Shown here: positions 61,234 through 64,000 of the stretch, in pieces
How the letters are laid out: every line of letters starts with the position of its first letter
Position numbering within the stretch: position 1 is the stretch's first letter
NCBI GenBank assembly: GCA_048884965.1
Contig: JBHLQH010000003.1
Location: 129,809-193,808, forward strand
Origin: Candidatus Thorarchaeota archaeon
GTDB lineage: Archaea > Asgardarchaeota > Thorarchaeia > Thorarchaeales > Thorarchaeaceae
Length of the DNA: 64,000 nt
Direction of reading: 5' to 3'
Translations under genes and position numbers: made by a program
The notes under the pieces: generated by a model
What the model was told of the DNA's origin: nothing
Database searches by the model: none
What the model saw: only the letters and a program-made list of their open reading frames with translations

Positions 61234-62373
61234 ATGGCTGAAGACGAGTTTCTTGGCGCGAAGCCCATCGTTATTGATAACGGTACTGGGCTTAGCAAGA
61301 ATGGATATGCCGGCGAGGATCAGCCCCGATCCGTCTGGCCCACTTTGATTGGCTATCCACGATATGAATCAATCATGACAGATGTTGACCACTACACCCG
61401 CGATTACTACATCGGTGAGGAAGCAATCAACCTCCGTGGTGTACTACGCCTGGTCTATCCAATCACCCATGGTGTTGTAGAGGACTGGGACGCTATCGAG
61501 AAGATATGGAGCTATACATTCTATAACGACTTGAAAGTTGACCCAAGTGAGAACCCAGTGTTGCTCACTGAAGCACCCTTCAACCCCAGAGAGAATAGAG
61601 AACGAATGGCAAGTGTGATGTTCGACAACTTCGGTGTACCCGCAGTCTATGTCGCCACTCAGGCCGTGCTATCATTGTACGCATCAGGTAGGACCACTGG
61701 TCTGGTCATCGACTCCGGTGACGGTGTTACTCACATCGTACCTGTGTACGAAGGTTTCTCAATCAACCACGCGATTCGAAGAATTGACCTTGCAGGACGT
61801 GACATCACCGAGTATCTGCGCAGGCTTCTCAGACAGAGAGGTTACTCATTCGTGAGCGGTGCAGAGAAGGAGATCGTCCGTGATGTGAAGGAGAAGCTCT
61901 GTTACGTTGCTCTTGATCCTGAGAGAGAGAGGACCGTTGCAGACAAGGCTGGTGTTGACAAGCCCTACATGCTACCTGACGGTGAGGTAATCACTGTTGG
62001 TGCAGAGCGCTTCCAGGCACCCGAGCTGTTCTTCAACCCAAGCGCCATTGGTCTAGATACAATGCCTCTCGATGAGCACATTGTCGAGTCAATCAAGGCT
62101 TGTGACGTCGACTTGCGACGTGACCTATACGCTAACATCGTCCTTTCAGGCGGTTCAACCATGTTCCCAGGACTCAAGGAGCGACTCCACAAGGAGATCA
62201 CCGAACTAGTCCCAGAGAACATCGAGGTCCGAATCATCGCTCCACCCGAGAGACAGTACTCTGTCTGGATCGGCGGAAGCATCCTTGCTTCCCTGAAGAC
62301 GTTCCAGAAGATGTGGGTTTCAAGGAAGGAGTTCGAGGAACAGGGACCCGAAGTCATACACCGCTGTATCTAA
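61234..62373 (+). CDS. Asgard actin (conserved lokiactin-type)
   Basis: [79 protein letters not shown]. Confidence 0.98.
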   Translation: MAEDEFLGAKPIVIDNGTGLSKNGYAGEDQPRSVWPTLIGYPRYESIMTDVDHYTRDYYIGEEAINLRGVLRLVYPITHGVVEDWDAIEKIWSYTFYNDLKVDPSENPVLLTEAPFNPRENRERMASVMFDNFGVPAVYVATQAVLSLYASGRTTGLVIDSGDGVTHIVPVYEGFSINHAIRRIDLAGRDITEYLRRLLRQRGYSFVSGAEKEIVRDVKEKLCYVALDPERERTVADKAGVDKPYMLPDGEVITVGAERFQAPELFFNPSAIGLDTMPLDEHIVESIKACDVDLRRDLYANIVLSGGSTMFPGLKERLHKEITELVPENIEVRIIAPPERQYSVWIGGSILASLKTFQKMWVSRKEFEEQGPEVIHRCI

Positions 62374-62430
62374 GCGTACTAGAAGTTGGAGGAGAGCTAG
62401 CGAAGCTCTCCTTCTTTCTCTCCCCTTTTT
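62329..62430 (+). repeat. Direct repeat copy 1: actin 3' end plus stem-loop
   Basis: gagttcgaggaacagggacccgaagtcatacaccgctgtatctaagcgtactag (62329-62382), then hairpin and CT tract. Confidence 0.92.
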
Positions 62431-62547
62431 CAAACACTTCTGAAAAAATCTACCATTTTCTTATTATCATATATATGCCAGAGTTTGTCGATAATACTAA
62501 TTAGGGCTCAAGTGCCAAGGATGCACCAAGGAGGCATGCATTCTATT

Positions 62548-63114
62548 ATGAGCATCCTAAGATATGAAACACAAGAGGGTAAACAAGAAGAGTTTCAAAT
62601 TGAGTCCAATGCAACTACTGTACGACTCATCGATATGAGGATATCTAGAATTGATCTTTCGCCGCTTGAGTCACATCAGGACCTTCAAGAATTGAATTTA
62701 AGTATGAATAAACTCGAAACTATTGATCTTTCTCCACTGAAATCTTGTACCAGTATAGAGAAACTCAATTTACAGAATAATAGTTTCAAAACTGTTGACC
62801 TTTCCCACTTTAGTGGATTTACAAGTTTCAAATATCTAGATTTAACAGGCAATAAAATCGAAGTATTCGACATTACTCCACTCGTTTCTTGTCCAAAATT
62901 GGAATTTTTTGCATTAGATCCTTTTACTCGCTTCAGAGGTCCAATTGACCCTCGGATTATGCATGTTATGAGAGCATCATCACCGGTTGACAAAGAATCA
63001 GTAGCATTCGCAAAAACATTGATGTCCTCTGTTCAGGCAAGCATACGCCAGATTGAGAGATCAAGTGTACGGCAAATGCGTGAAAAGGAAGAAGAAGAAA
63101 AACGGAAAAAGTGA
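62548..63114 (+). CDS. Leucine-rich repeat protein
   Basis: IDLSPL..H..LQELNLS.N.L..IDLSPL..C..IEKLNL..N repeats; visibly AT-rich. Confidence 0.88.
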   Translation: MSILRYETQEGKQEEFQIESNATTVRLIDMRISRIDLSPLESHQDLQELNLSMNKLETIDLSPLKSCTSIEKLNLQNNSFKTVDLSHFSGFTSFKYLDLTGNKIEVFDITPLVSCPKLEFFALDPFTRFRGPIDPRIMHVMRASSPVDKESVAFAKTLMSSVQASIRQIERSSVRQMREKEEEEKRKK

Positions 63115-63122
63115 ATTGCAGA

Positions 63123-63223
63123 GAGTTCGAAGAGCAGGGACCCGAAGTCATCCACCGCTGTATCTACAGCGTACTAGTTTCCGAAGGAGTGGGAGCGTTC
63201 CCCTCCTTCTTGCTCTCCCTTTT
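63123..63223 (+). repeat. Direct repeat copy 2: orphan actin 3' end plus stem-loop
   Basis: gagttcgaagagcagggacccgaagtcatccaccgctgtatctacagcgtactag (63123-63177), then hairpin and CT tract. Confidence 0.92.
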
Positions 63224-63277
63224 CTGGCATCCAATCAAATAGGATAGAAGAAGGTACCAGTATCTCATCATCTACTC

Positions 63278-63889
63278 TCATTTGATTTTTGTGCGTCCTG
63301 TTCCAACAAAATAACATACACCAAGTAAACCGAAGAGTATACCTACTCCAATGGTAATAGGAATATCCATAATGGTTGATGGTGGTCTTATGATTAGCAT
63401 ACCGATGATACCGACAATCATAAAACCTACAACATATAGGATTGGTTCTCTCCATATACGAAGAGTTCTGCGTAGAGAACTTTCCGGCTTACTTTCACCT
63501 GCACTCTCCTTTGAGGAATCTTCGACCTGTATCCTTTCAATTGGTCTTCTCCTCAGTAGTAATAATGATAGGATTATACCAACTCCCGTGAGAGTAACGT
63601 CAATGATTAGGGGTATTAGAGACACAGAGCCCCCTAGAATCACTATTGTGTAGAAATAGCCTACAAGAGAGAGTATTGATGCTAGTAGAATAGTAAACGC
63701 CTCTGAACTGCTATATTTCTGTCGCGCAATTAGAATCAATGTTACGAATAAGCTAGCACCAACCACTATTATGCTAACGAAAATATGGATTCCATGAGGT
63801 ACGAGACCAAATAATGGTAGTACTATTGCAGTCAATAAGCACATCAATGGTACTAGAATAACTAACAAAATTTCAAGTCGATTCATCAT
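63278..63889 (-). CDS. Hypothetical membrane protein (about 6 TM)
   Basis: Hydrophobic AT-rich ORF; GAGGAG upstream. Confidence 0.7.
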   Translation of the reverse strand: MMNRLEILLVILVPLMCLLTAIVLPLFGLVPHGIHIFVSIIVVGASLFVTLILIARQKYSSSEAFTILLASILSLVGYFYTIVILGGSVSLIPLIIDVTLTGVGIILSLLLLRRRPIERIQVEDSSKESAGESKPESSLRRTLRIWREPILYVVGFMIVGIIGMLIIRPPSTIMDIPITIGVGILFGLLGVCYFVGTGRTKIK

Positions 63890-64000
63890 TTAACACGCTC
63901 CTCTTACGAGTGACTCCCCAAGCAAGTCACGAAGTCATCCATATGCTTTCTATCCGATATTTAAGTTGGCTGGTGACTCTCGAAATTGACGCATAAACGA

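Noticed and set aside
62329-63223. Calling the LRR insert an autonomous mobile element
   Set aside because: No integrase, transposase or terminal inverted repeats; reported only as repeat-flanked cargo
63053-63247. 64-aa ORF spanning the second actin-tail repeat
   Set aside because: Out of frame with both the LRR gene and the actin tail; similarity to 62313-62504 comes only from the DNA repeat
1-64000. CRISPR array, tRNA or rRNA genes
   Set aside because: No regularly spaced repeats or cloverleaf/T-loop signatures seen by eye; tRNAscan-SE/Infernal would be needed to exclude them fully

Overview
Gene-dense chromosomal window from an Asgard archaeon, most likely Thorarchaeia. This is inferred from a conserved Asgard actin, the archaeal proteasome/exosome superoperon, duplicated-domain Lrp/AsnC regulators and an 'IDLSPL'-type LRR protein. 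Housekeeping and metabolic content: catalase 3' end, a four-gene group 3b NiFe (sulf)hydrogenase, tungsten-type AOR, Zn/Mn ABC and ECF transporters, three ABC-2 exporters, psmA-sdo1-rrp4-rrp41-rrp42-rpl37ae-Brix-pcc1-pfdB-DUF3194-DHH, hutU/H/I, cgi121/THUMP/sua5 and a CDP-alcohol phosphatidyltransferase. The most interesting part is the last 8 kb. It holds an FG-GAP beta-propeller resembling ITFG2/BBS2, a stand-alone mini PriL-CTD-like Fe-S protein followed by a SAMHD1-like HD hydrolase, and a convergent operon encoding a wHTH-CARF protein coupled to a dsRBD-less RNase III. That operon is transcribed divergently from actin. Downstream of actin, an AT-rich LRR gene sits between two copies of the actin 3' end plus hairpin; the coding differences between the copies are synonymous. 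A tandem duplication of an Lrp regulator + ABC ATPase module has left a decayed ATPase pseudogene. I recognised no rRNA, tRNA, CRISPR array or integrase/transposase. All assignments come from motif recognition by eye; no searches were run.
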